Notes under the pieces: model-generated | Database searches by the model: none | Told to the model about the DNA's origin: nothing | Seen by the model: the letters and a program-made list of their open reading frames with translations, nothing else | Position numbers and translations under genes: made by a program | Part shown: one piece after another, positions 1 through 9,884 of the stretch | How positions within the stretch are numbered: position 1 is the stretch's first letter | Layout of the letters: the number at the start of each line of letters is the position of its first letter | DNA from: Lytechinus pictus | Lineage: Eukaryota | Assembly (NCBI RefSeq): GCF_037042905.1 | Contig: NC_087245.1 | Coordinates: 34,412,001 to 34,476,000, forward strand | Direction: 5' to 3' | DNA: 64,000 nucleotides

Positions 1-543
1 ATTCCGAAGATTCTTTATTTCGAAGGTTCGTAATTCCGAAACACGTAAATTGCCTATACCTCGATGTTCGTTAATCCGAAAACATAAAAGGGTTCGTTAA
101 TCCGAACATTTGTGGCGTTATTCCGAAGGTTCGTTATTCCGAAGGTTTGATAATCCAAAAACGAAATAAGGTTCGATGTTCCGAAGGCTCGTTAGTTCGA
201 AAACGAAATAAGGTTCGTTGTTCCGAAGGTTCGTTAATCCGAAAACGAAATAAGGTTCGTTGTTCCGAAGGTTCGTTAGTCCGAAAACCAAACAAGGTTC
301 GTTAATCATTACGTTTTCGGACTAACGAACCTTCGGAATTACGAACCTCATTTCTTTTTCGGATCAACGAACCTTCGGAATTACGAACCTCACTTTGTTT
401 TCGGACTAACGAACCTTCGGAATTACGAACCTCATTTCGTTTTCGGGCTTACGAACCTTCGGAATTACGAACCTTCGGAAATACCAACCTTCGGAATAAC
501 GAACCTTCGGAATAACGAAGCTTCGGAATTACGAATGTATGCG
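1..543. mobile_element. Foldback/MITE-like element built of short TTCCGAAGG/GTTCGTTAAT sub-repeats; left end beyond the window
   Basis: 1-~308 is an array of GTTCGTTA(A/G)TCCGAA and TTCCGAAGG units; ~315-540 is the reverse-complement array (TTCGGACTAACGAAC, CCTTCGGAA). ORF 118-309 is only the repeat translation. Confidence 0.75.
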
Positions 544-815
544 ATATCCTTGATACTGGAGCTATGATAGAACATGGTACAATGATTGATCATGATAGTG
601 GTGAGTTCACAGAACTGTTCACAGAACTTTATGCACTATTATATCCTTGATAGTGGAGCTATGATAGAACATGGTACAATGATTGATCATGATAGTGATG
701 AGTTCACAGAACTGTTCACAGAACTTTATTCACTATTATATCCTTGATAGTGGAGCTATGATAGAACATGGTACAATGATTGATCATGATAGTGGTGAGT
801 GTATAGAACTTTATA
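544..815 (+). repeat. 97-bp tandem repeat (about 2.8 copies), each with a Hippo-linker-like coding stretch and a splice-donor-like motif
   Basis: ATATCCTTGATA starts at 544, 641 and 738. Each unit encodes GAMIEHGTMIDHDS, followed by G|GTGAGT in copies 1 and 3 or G|ATGAGT in copy 2. Confidence 0.9.
751..794 (+). CDS. Candidate 44-nt micro-exon (or duplicated exon end) of the Hippo/MST kinase linker, GAMIEHGTMIDHDS(G)
   Basis: AG at 749-750 and GTGAGT at 795-800. The phase-1 donor joins exon 1751 in frame to give ...DHDSG-TMIEHG. The acceptor is weak and the upstream phase cannot be checked. Confidence 0.35.
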
Positions 816-1139
816 TTGCCCTCTCAGTCTTTTCATCCTATGGTATTCTTTTCTTTTGTGTGACCAGGACATGGGAAGTCTTCAGGACAGTTACCATAGT
901 AACAATCAGACCCCACTGCTTGTCAGCCAATCAAAATCGAGGAAAGATGTCAGACTAACAACTTGAGTTCAGTTCTGAAAATCTAATTTCTGAGCTCTCA
1001 AATGATGTCAATTATGGAGGCGATCATATGAAACACGCTAGTGCATTGTTAGGATGCACTGCATATTTTATTTTAACGCTCTTCTATTGTGATTGGCATC
1101 TAAAAAACTTATTAAAAGTTACATATATTTACATCCCTG

Positions 1140-1309
1140 TTGGGTGTTTCATAAAGCTGTTCGTAAGATACGAATGACTTTACGCACGACTGGTGATAAT
1201 TTCTTGTGCTATGTAATATCCTTATGTAATTGAGTTATGACATAAGAACATGTTCCAGTCGTGCGTAAAGTCATGCGTAACTTTACGAACAGCTTTATGA
1301 AACATCCAC
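1140..1309. mobile_element. PIF/Harbinger-like MITE
   Basis: TIR GGGTGTTTCATAAAGCTGTTCGTAA ... TTACGAACAGCTTTATGAAACATCC, CWG flanks. Related copies at 7313 and 17164. Confidence 0.75.
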
Positions 1310-1750
1310 CAGATATGTACATTTAAACGCACTTATTTAGTTATTTTGAGATTTGAAGAAACAAAAATTCTGTCATTCCAGTTCATATTTTACATCTTTA
1401 ACTGACTGTCAGTCTATGCCAGAGATACAGTTTCTACACAAAGTGAGTGCATCCTTCACAAAAAAACATATTTCACCGTAGCTCATCATCAAAATGATAA
1501 GCTGGTATAAAGAATAGAGAACACCGGATAGGATACCTCATTTTCTTTTGACAATAAAGCATTTGTTCCTATTAAAAACAAAGATCCATACATATTGTGT
1601 ATATTTTTTGTATAAACATACATGTATCCATAGAGGGTATGATGTACATTGTGTACTCACTCCTGAAGGATATTGTACATGCTCAGAGACTATTGCGCAA
1701 TAATGGTTTGGACATCATCTCACATGAATGTTGTTTTTTGCATCATTTAG

Positions 1751-1993
1751 GGACCATGATAGAACATGGCACAATGATTGACCACGATAGCGGGACCATG
1801 ATCGACCACGATAGCGGGACCATGATCGACCACGATAGCGGGACCATGATCGACCATGATAGCGGCACGATGGTGGACCACGACAGTGGGACGATGATCA
1901 AACATGGAAGTTTGAACGACCTGGAATCCAATATGGGCACCATGGTTATTAACAATGATGACAGCGATTCGGGTAATGACGGAACGATGAAGA
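1751..1993 (+). CDS. STK3/4: Hippo/MST1/2 (STK3/STK4-type) kinase, regulatory linker exon
   Basis: tttag acceptor (AG at 1749-1750), A|gtaagt donor at 1994, phase 1-1. Peptide GTMIEH...NMGTMVINNDDSDSGNDGTMK(R) resembles the MST1/2 linker TMIEH...GTMVIN...GTMKR. Confidence 0.93.
1768..1899 (+). repeat. Coding 24-bp minisatellite: 5 full GTM(I/V)DHDS units plus a partial
   Basis: GGGACCATGATCGACCACGATAGC-type units in frame, differing mainly at third codon positions. Confidence 0.95.
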
Positions 1994-2373
1994 GTAAGTA
2001 TGCATTAAAAGATCCTCCTTATTAGGGGATTAGTGGGGCTATTAGTGCTTGATTTCAAGATCAGTTATTTTCATAAAGTTTAAGTTCATTTCTACTGAAA
2101 TGTACAAACTCTGCGTGAGGGCCTGCTGGGCATGATATCGCATTTCATTCAGTTCCGGTTATTTATTCCTGTAATTTTGTTGTGGATGTCATGATTTTAT
2201 GTAAGTTTTTGAGACTACGCTACTTATATGTTATACTCTGTCATAGAAAATGAGTTTGCTATTGGTAATTGTTTTATCTGGGCTAAACGCTTTAGTTCGA
2301 TATTTTATATGAATGTTGGTAAATAGGTTTTTGTATCACCTTAAACTCTGATATATGATTTCACTCTTTATAG

Positions 2374-2630
2374 GAACAGATACAGCCAAAGCAGACGCCT
2401 ACAAACCTCAGTTCCTAGAACACTATGAGAGACAAGATGAAGCCAAACAAGCTAAGATCTCCTCACCTCCTATCAATCCATCTAACGCACCCACGGTACC
2501 TTCTAATGCCCCTATGCACGTTGCCCCTGGTAACCATCGGGTGAGTGCTCCTCCCCCTGCTAATCAAGAGGCCCCACCCCCAAAACCACTGCAATTCCAC
2601 CGGCCATTCAACGAAGCAGACTTTGATTTT
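2374..2630 (+). CDS. STK3/4: Hippo/MST kinase exon: linker end, Pro-rich segment and lead-in to the SARAH domain
   Basis: ttatag acceptor (AG at 2372-2373), gtgagt donor at 2631. (R)TDTAKADAYKPQFLEHYERQ...EADFDF resembles MST KPSFLEYFE...DGDYEF; phases fit both neighbours. Confidence 0.93.
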
Positions 2631-3798
2631 GTGAGTTTCTGTTCTTTTCATTTGTTTTTTTTTTGTTTTACTCAGCTTATTGCTTTGCTATGATTTTGTT
2701 CCACTCATCTTAAACTAACATTAAGGAAGGTTGTGATGTACATGTAGTCTAGTGAAGTACTAAAGTTTCAGAGCAAGAGAAGCTAGAGTTACGGTTGACA
2801 GGATTTTGAATTAGTTTAGAAGTCCACAAATCATTCATAACTAACACTGTTTGTGTATGATTTCAGGCGACGTTTTCATGAACTAATTCACCTCTTTTTC
2901 ATGGTCACTTTGTAGAATAAAGGGGGTGGGTAGATAGAGGGTATTATTGAAGGGAGAAGGTATGTGTTGTGGCTATGACTTTTGTCGTTCAATAAGAGGA
3001 TCACAGTTTGGAATCCCTGGGCTGAAATTGTTTATATCTGAATAAGTAAAGTAAAATTCACAGAGCAAAATGCTGAAAATTTCATCAAAATCTGACAACA
3101 AATAGCGAAGTTATTGAATTTAAAAGTTTAACAATATATTGTGAAACATAAACTTTATATGCACGTTTCCATGCATATTAATTAGGTGGGCTGATGATGT
3201 CACAACCCCACTTTCCTTTTCTATACGCCCGTACTAGACGAGACGTATTATGGTATCATGATTGGTGTTCGTCTGTCCATCCGTCCATTAACTTTTTGTT
3301 GTAAACGCGATAACTTCAGTTTTACTTAACCTAGGCTCATGTAATTTGGTGTGTATGATACTAGCATGGATCCCAGGAAGCCTCTTGATTTTGAAGTCGA
3401 AAGGTCAAAGGTCAAGGTCACAGTGATATGCTTTTATTTTACCCTTCTAAAGTCTTTGTAAACGTGATATCTTTAGTGTAATTTATCCTAGGCTCATGTA
3501 ATTTGATGTGTATGATACTAGCATGGATCCCAGGAATCCTATCGATTTTGAGGTCCAAAGGTTAAGGTCACAGTGGCATGCTTTCATCTTACCCTTCTGA
3601 AGTCTTTGTAAATGCGATAACTTCAGTTTAACTTTACTGAGGCTCATATAATTTGATATGTATGATACTAGCATGGATCCCAGGAATCCTATCGATTTTG
3701 AGGTCAAAAGGTCAAGGTCACAGTGACATGCTTTCATCTTACCCTTCTGCAGTCCTTGTAAAGGTGATAACTTCAGTTTAACTTAACCTAGGATCATT

Positions 3799-5397
3799 CA
3801 GTCAGTCTGCAAGTCCCCATGTTAATGAGCAAATGAGCAAGATTTATCCAAGTCCTCTCGTGCCTGAATTCATGTCCCTGCAAAATCTTGTGAATTGTGA
3901 GAATTTCTTTCTCAAAGAATGTAACCACTTTCTCCTTGAGTAATATTAATTATTTTTGCACCATAGGAAAGAGTAAATGTTACTCTTTTATATTGGGTTT
4001 TTTTTCTTCATATTTTGAAAAATAAGTGCACTTTTTACCTGAATAGATGCCTCAAACAGAATTTTCTTCCTCGGTTTTCACTTGCAAATTGTGCAAAATG
4101 TTGTATTTTTGGCACAAACATTATATATACAGTATCATCAGAAAGCTCAAGCTCTCTACTTCCATACAATGTCACTCTTGATATGTGACACCTTTAAGAT
4201 GGGTCAGCAGCCAGCTTTTTCCACCAAGATGCAAGACAAGATTTCTGAAATTTCTGAGTAACATGAAATTCAGAGTTCTGATTAGCTAAATAATGTTTTC
4301 AAAACAACAGGTGCGGGTAATTTGGTTAGTGTGACCTTGCAGAGGCCCAGTGTGGGGAACATTGGAATTTGCATGGGTGTGTGGTCTCTATGACCAATTA
4401 GAGAGCAGTATCGAGCACTTTTAGAAATGTACGTCCACATAGTGGACTGGTACGAGATGACGTCATTTTTTGGCCTGCCATATGCCTCACGTGTCCTCAC
4501 ACACGTCCACGATCAGAATCGAGAACCTCGCCACATCCATTTGCGGTTCTCCCAAATCATAGACGACGTGCACGTGAGTGACGTCATTTTAACTGTTCAA
4601 GCCCAGCATGAAGATCAACCTTTCCCTTTTAAAACACAGTTTTCAGCGACTTTTCACAAAATTTATGTAAGTTGTACGATGCATTATGTTTATCATATTT
4701 GAAATTGCATTCTGATCTCCAAAATATACATCGAAATATATCCTAACTCGCGTAAAAAGGAATCAAAGCAAGTGAAAGGGCACATGTGCACAAGTTGCAC
4801 CGTCGCATCACCCGACCGGGCCGCCAGGCGATGGTGCGCCAGATCTTCCGGGTCGGGCAGCGTGTCATGACCCGCTGGTTATCGCGCTGTTTCATGTGGA
4901 CGTACGTACACGTACAAGTCGAGTGAAATCTAAAGTATTCGTATCTGTAGTGAACAAGGGCAAACGATGACGTTGACTCGAAGGATCAGCTGGCTGCTGA
5001 CCCATCTAAAATACATCTTCTTATAAAAATTATATTATATTAAAGCTTAGATCTTCAGCTTTATCATAATCTAAAAATCATTTGAGGTCAAACAGAAATT
5101 AAGTGGAAAAATAACTTTAGTTACATGATAATTATTTTCTTTCATGTTTTAGATCAAAAGTTTCACCTATATCACACAATCTTTTTAAAAATCCAAACAC
5201 ATGACCTGAAAGAATGATTTTTCTTCTTTATAAAGATACCAAAAAACATTAAATTTTGTCAAAATTTAGAGCAGCAATGGCCGAATAAAAAGAGGTGTTT
5301 TCGTCCGCACCAAGCTCATTAACAATGCAAAAACCCTCTAGTCATGAATATCACTTGGATAAAAGAAGCTACTTTTTCAGGGCTTGCCGACTGACTG
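3799..5397. mobile_element. 1.6-kb non-autonomous TIR element with a 4-bp TSD (CATT)
   Basis: TIR CAGTCAGTCTGCAAGTCC / GGGCTTGCCGACTGACTG. CATT at 3795-3798 and 5398-5401; removing the element restores the host repeat unit. Superfamily not assigned. Confidence 0.8.
4197..5007. mobile_element. Probable further nested TIR element with a CpG-rich core
   Basis: Perfect 20-bp inverted repeat AGATGGGTCAGCAGCCAGCT at 4197-4216 and 4988-5007; TTAA/TAAA-like flanks. Confidence 0.55.
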
Positions 5398-6089
5398 CAT
5401 TTAATTTGGTGTGTATGATACTAGCATGGATCCCAGGAAGCCTATTGATTTTGAGGTCAAAAGGTCAAAGGTCAAGGTCACAGTGACATGCTTTCATCCT
5501 ACCCTTTTAAAGTTATTGTAAATGCCTTAACCTAGGCTCATATAATTTGGTGTGTATGATACTAGCATGGATCCCAGGAATTCAGGAGTCAAAGGTGAAG
5601 TTTCCACTTTTCTTACTTGACCAATAACTCAATTTTCCGCGTTACAGGCGGGCATATTATGTGCTCGCCTTAGTGACACTCTTGTTTTATGTTATTAGAG
5701 GAAATCATAATTGTTTCATTTTTTTCATACAAATGATTGCTTCCCTTATAATGAAGAAAGTTGCAGCAATGAATATCTAATCCACGAAATCAGTTGTCAA
5801 TCCAATTTTTTTATTTTTAGAGGAAAAATTTGAATAAACCCTATTTCATATAATAAAATACAAAAGAACAAGTGGTGATATGACATCATCAGTTTGCTCA
5901 TTGAATATTCATGAAGACATGCCTAGAACTGTTTCACCGGAATAATGCAAATCTTTAAAATATCATAACTTTGTTATTCCTTGTCAGATTTTGATCAAGT
6001 TTTCAGTGTCTTGTTTTTCTGATTTTCCTTTATCTGTTCAAATCATTATTTTCATCCTGGAGTACCCCTTTAAGCAAGAAATATACCTG

Positions 6090-6305
6090 CAGTGGTGCTC
6101 AGAAGTAAGTGAACCCCACGAGAAATTGAACATCAAGTTTCACCATGTTTTAGATATTTAATTGTGAAGTCTGGTGATGAAATAATTACATTCAATGAAG
6201 TTTGTTTCTCTGGGCTTGCCAAACATTGTAGTGTTGTCTACATTCAACACTCCGGACGAAGGAGTGCATTTTGTGGTGGGGTTTACTAACTTATGAGCAC
6301 AACTG
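6090..6305. mobile_element. Tc1/mariner-like MITE
   Basis: TIR CAGTGGTGCTCAGAAGTAAGTGAACCCCAC / GTGGGGTTTACTAACTTATGAGCACAACTG, followed by TA. Confidence 0.7.
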
Positions 6306-7244
6306 TACACTGTTCTACACTCAACCTAATAGGTACCTGGTAGGATTAATGTCTTGACTGCACAGGCTGAAAACAGCAGCTAAAGCTGGGGTAGTAATAA
6401 CAGTGTGCCTCAGATTATATTATTTGTAAAAAGATGGCGCTGTATAAATGCCGATTAGAAGAGGTTGATGAAAATGCCAAGACAGAATGGTTTGATAAAA
6501 GGAGAGCATGTATGCTGCTAGTAAGGTGTGGTTTAAATAGGGAGTTGTTGATAGTCTGCTTACGATTGCATCATAGGCCATTTTCTGATGTGGAAGCTTG
6601 GAAGTCCCAAGCATTTTGTGGTTAAAGAGATAGTATCATCTCTTAAACCATAAAAGGCTTAGGAACTTTTAGTTTCCACATCAGAAAAAAAACAAAGTAT
6701 CAGATAAGTTTGCCCATATTAAAGATACCCCCCCCCCCTTCAAATCAGTGCATGACAAGACAAAACCAAATTAAATGCTCTCCTCTCGTGATGGGAACCG
6801 ATCAATGTCCATGGTCACATTTTTGTCTCTCCCCACCAGAGGTGAAGGCGAGACTTTAGGGATCCAAATGTCGTACGTCACAAACATTATGACACAATAG
6901 TCTATCCACAATATATTCTAGTGGTGCCCCAAAGAGGAAGTAGGCAAGAAAAAACAACTTTCAGATAAATCCTTATGAAGCCCCATTTTTTAATTTTTTT
7001 TAAAGAAGACTATGAAATGTACTAAAGAGATAATCTCTTCTTTGGCACAGACATGTGTATAAGCTTGAATCAGTTGGTACATGCATGAGAGCCTTTCATT
7101 TTCTTATTTGTTGCAATGATTAAACTAACACTGATTATCATCAGTTGAATCGGCCTTGGAAAAGTGGAGATAACAGGTTCTGTTCACACGAGCTCAACCC
7201 ACAGTGTGTGGACTATAGTGTGAACCTGGCAGACCATGTACTAT

Positions 7245-7638
7245 AGGGTACCGAAGCGATGACGTCGGTTGCCATGGTGTCATGGCGGCCTGGTTCTAAA
7301 CAAATGAACCAGGGGGCCATTTCATAAAGTTGTTCGTAATTAGGAGCGACTCTACGAAGGACTGGTGATCCTTTCTTACGTGCTAAACCATCGCCAATTT
7401 TTATACACCATTTACCTCAAGAAAGGATCACCAGTAGTTCTTAAATTCGCTCTTAACCTACGAGCAGCTTTATAAAACGGCGCCCTGTTATGACTCTCAG
7501 AATGATGGTAACAACCAGGGACAAAACACATCACCATTTTGCAAATACAAATGTGTATAGACGATCGTGCAGCTGCGACTCGGTTTAGAACCAGCCGGAT
7601 CGTTGTCATGACATCGTGATGTCACATTTTGGTACTCT
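7245..7638 (-). mobile_element. Non-autonomous TIR element (ISL2EU-like) retaining the start of a THAP-like domain
   Basis: AT|AGGGTACC ... GGTACTCT|AT termini; minus-strand MVMCFVPGCYHHSESHN from 7537; interrupted by the MITE at 7313-7484. Confidence 0.55.
7313..7484. mobile_element. PIF/Harbinger-like MITE (family of 1140-1309)
   Basis: GGGGCCATTTCATAAAGTTGTTCGTAA ... TACGAGCAGCTTTATAAAACGGCGCC. Confidence 0.7.
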
Positions 7639-8856
7639 ATAAAGTAAAACAAATGTTTTGAAATATATGTGCAGACATGTGATCAAGAACTATGAAGAAA
7701 TGGATTTTCCCTGTAATTGATGTAAAGATTTGGGCCATCATTATGAATATGGTATCTTTGCCATTATATACTACCATGGAAATCTTGGACCTGATTGCTG
7801 TTACCATGGAAATTCTTGTAATGGAAAAATAACCGTAATTGTAAGTTTATATGAAATGATACCTCTACTTTTAATCATTTCACGATGAGCGAACCTATTG
7901 TTTAGGTGCAGGGGGCAATCTATTGTTTCCACTCCCCCCCTCCCCATTTGAATAGTATGACATCATAATGTCTACACCCATGGAATCCTTTACATTACTT
8001 TACGCTTGGTCAGCCACTTGGATTATGACGCAAAGCAAAAGTCGCATCAAAGAAGCAAAGATTTTGCAGTCAATCCATTTACAGGATTTGACATGCATTG
8101 CTACATCATGAGAAAAGAGGAATTATTATCCCTCCGATTTAACTAGTTCTTGATGCCATTTGTCAGTATCTAATCATAGAAGAAGAACAAATAATGAAGG
8201 TTGGAGGATCTTTCAAGAAAGGGGTTAAAAAATAACCAGGGCATGAGTGATGTTGTGTCTCGCCCTCTTGTGAAAATAACTGAAAATATCGCGATCTCCT
8301 TTTCCAACAGAATCGTATCAAAACCTCATTGTGAAAATACCTGGTATAGACTGGAATACCAAATCAAATTTTAGAAGGGCAATTTCATGAATTGCTACGT
8401 CTTTTCACCTTCCCCTGTACCTACTCTAATGACATTATTGCACCAATTTTTTACATGCATGAAGGTTAAATGTGTTTGTGGGTGCACTGCAGTCTAGCTG
8501 AGGGCTCTAGAAGATGAAAAAGTTAGAGAACAAAGTGTTAGTTAAATTTAGAGGAAAATTCAACATTTTGAAAATAACTTTCACCCTTTTACTCCTGGGG
8601 TATTATTTTTTATACACCTGTTCTAGACGGGACGTATTATTGTATCACGCTCGGTGTCCGTCCGTCCTTACCATGTGACCTACAAAGGCATCATAACATG
8701 AATTTACCCCCAAGTGCATATATCACCCAAGTTTGGTTGCCATTGAAACATGTGCAGAGTTATGTATTGATCATTATTTTTTTAATGAAATTATTGCTAG
8801 CCAAAACTAAATCTTTCTTCAACGGATCAATCCTATGGAAGTCTGGGAACGTTTAG

Positions 8857-9250
8857 TTTTTGTCTCGCCCACCGGAAGTGAAAGTATGAATAAGGGATCC
8901 AAACGTCCGTCTGTCACAAAAATTATGACAGATAACTGTGCAACTGTAAGTCACTTTTCAACCAAACTTGGGTTGTAGATGTAATAAAGGGGTGTAGTCG
9001 GCTGTCATATGGTAAGGTTTCAAGCTTTCAAACATTAAAGCTCATGTGCAAGACTCTCTTATGACACATAACCTTGTCTTACTCATCAACCATACTTGGG
9101 TTGCAGATGTGTTTAAGGGGACCTGCATGTTATGGTGCAGTAGGCAGTCACTTCATTTAATTTCAGGTCAAAGGTTACAGTTTATGTGCAAGACTCTCTC
9201 ATGACACATAACTCTGCAACCATGTCTCACTTTTCAACCAAACTTTGGGA
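8857..9250 (+). mobile_element. HINE-like element fragment with internal tandem repeats; shorter copy at 6819-6897
   Basis: TTTTTGTCTCGCCCACC start, GGGATCCAAA and GTCCGTCTGTC core, repeated ATGACACATAAC...TCAACCAAACTT units. Confidence 0.55.
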
Positions 9251-9725
9251 CACTGACCTCTGAACATAGTAAATCTCCTGCCATACATGTAGGCATTCGT
9301 GTACATGTATGTACACATGGGTATTCTTAATGAATACACCTGATCATCAAGCAATTTCGGTTTATGAAAATAAGATGGTCATTTGATGGTTATTGAATAA
9401 CAGAAATGCCCAAAACCATGCTGAAAACATAATTTCTTGGCAATACTGTGGCTATAAGTGTTGTAAAGGTTAGAAGGGAATTATTCATCATTGTAGTGGG
9501 TATATATTATCAGACTGCATGTCAACCTGTTGCAGTTTGGATAGTAAAAGCATGCATGGTCCCTGATGGTACTGATGAGGTAGTATTGGTCTTGAGATTG
9601 CTCCTTTCAAATTGGCTGAGCTTAGTGACTTAGTCAAATCTTTTATGAATAATGTAAGTTGTGGTTTTGATACCCTTAACCTACTGTATTTTACTTAAAT
9701 CTTTCTCAATCCTCTTACTGTTCAG

Positions 9726-9884
9726 TTGAAGCAGCTATCAATAGATGAATTACGGGAGAGATTAACGTCGTTAGATCCCCAGATGGAAGCAGAGATTGAG
9801 GAGCTTAGGAAGCGATATCAGGAGAAAAGGAGACCGATCATTGAAGCCATGGAGGTCAAGAGAAAGAGAACGCAGCATTTTTAA
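9726..9884 (+). CDS. STK3/4: Hippo/MST kinase terminal exon, SARAH domain
   Basis: Pyrimidine tract and cag acceptor (AG at 9724-9725). LKQLSIDELRERLTSLDPQMEAEIEELRKRYQEKRRPIIEAMEVKRKRTQHF* closely resembles the MST1/2 SARAH domain; TAA at 9882-9884. Absent from the ORF track. Confidence 0.96.
   Translation: MKQLSIDELRERLTSLDPQMEAEIEELRKRYQEKRRPIIEAMEVKRKRTQHF

Larger units (their letters stand above)
3219..5686 (+). mobile_element. Non-autonomous Helentron-associated (HINE/DINE-1-like) element with internal ~150-bp tandem repeats
   Basis: 5' TATACGCCCGT sub-terminal repeat inverted at 3' GCGGGCATAT, GTCC-type microsatellite near 3270, ~150-bp units containing AGGTCAAAGGTCAAGGTCA, and a 3' stem-loop followed by CTTGTT. 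Reverse copy at 62183-62459. Confidence 0.7.
3011..6069 (+). mobile_element. Kolobok/T2-like TTAA MITE split by nested insertions (pieces ~3011-3220 and ~5687-6069)
   Basis: Both pieces resemble the 10565-11169 family (GCTGAAAATTTCATCAAAAT, GATGATGTCA). Right end CTGGAGTACCCCT followed by TTAA at 6070-6073. Confidence 0.7.

Noticed and set aside
118..309. 63-aa repetitive ORF (LRNNEPYFVFG)
   Set aside because: Translation of transposon sub-repeats; no splice or homology support.
1..815. CRISPR-like appearance of the short repeats and 97-bp array
   Set aside because: No unique spacers and no cas genes; the context is eukaryotic spliced genes.
1743..1955. Antisense ORF with repeated IMVPLSWS
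   Set aside because: Shadow of the coding 24-bp repeat on the opposite strand.
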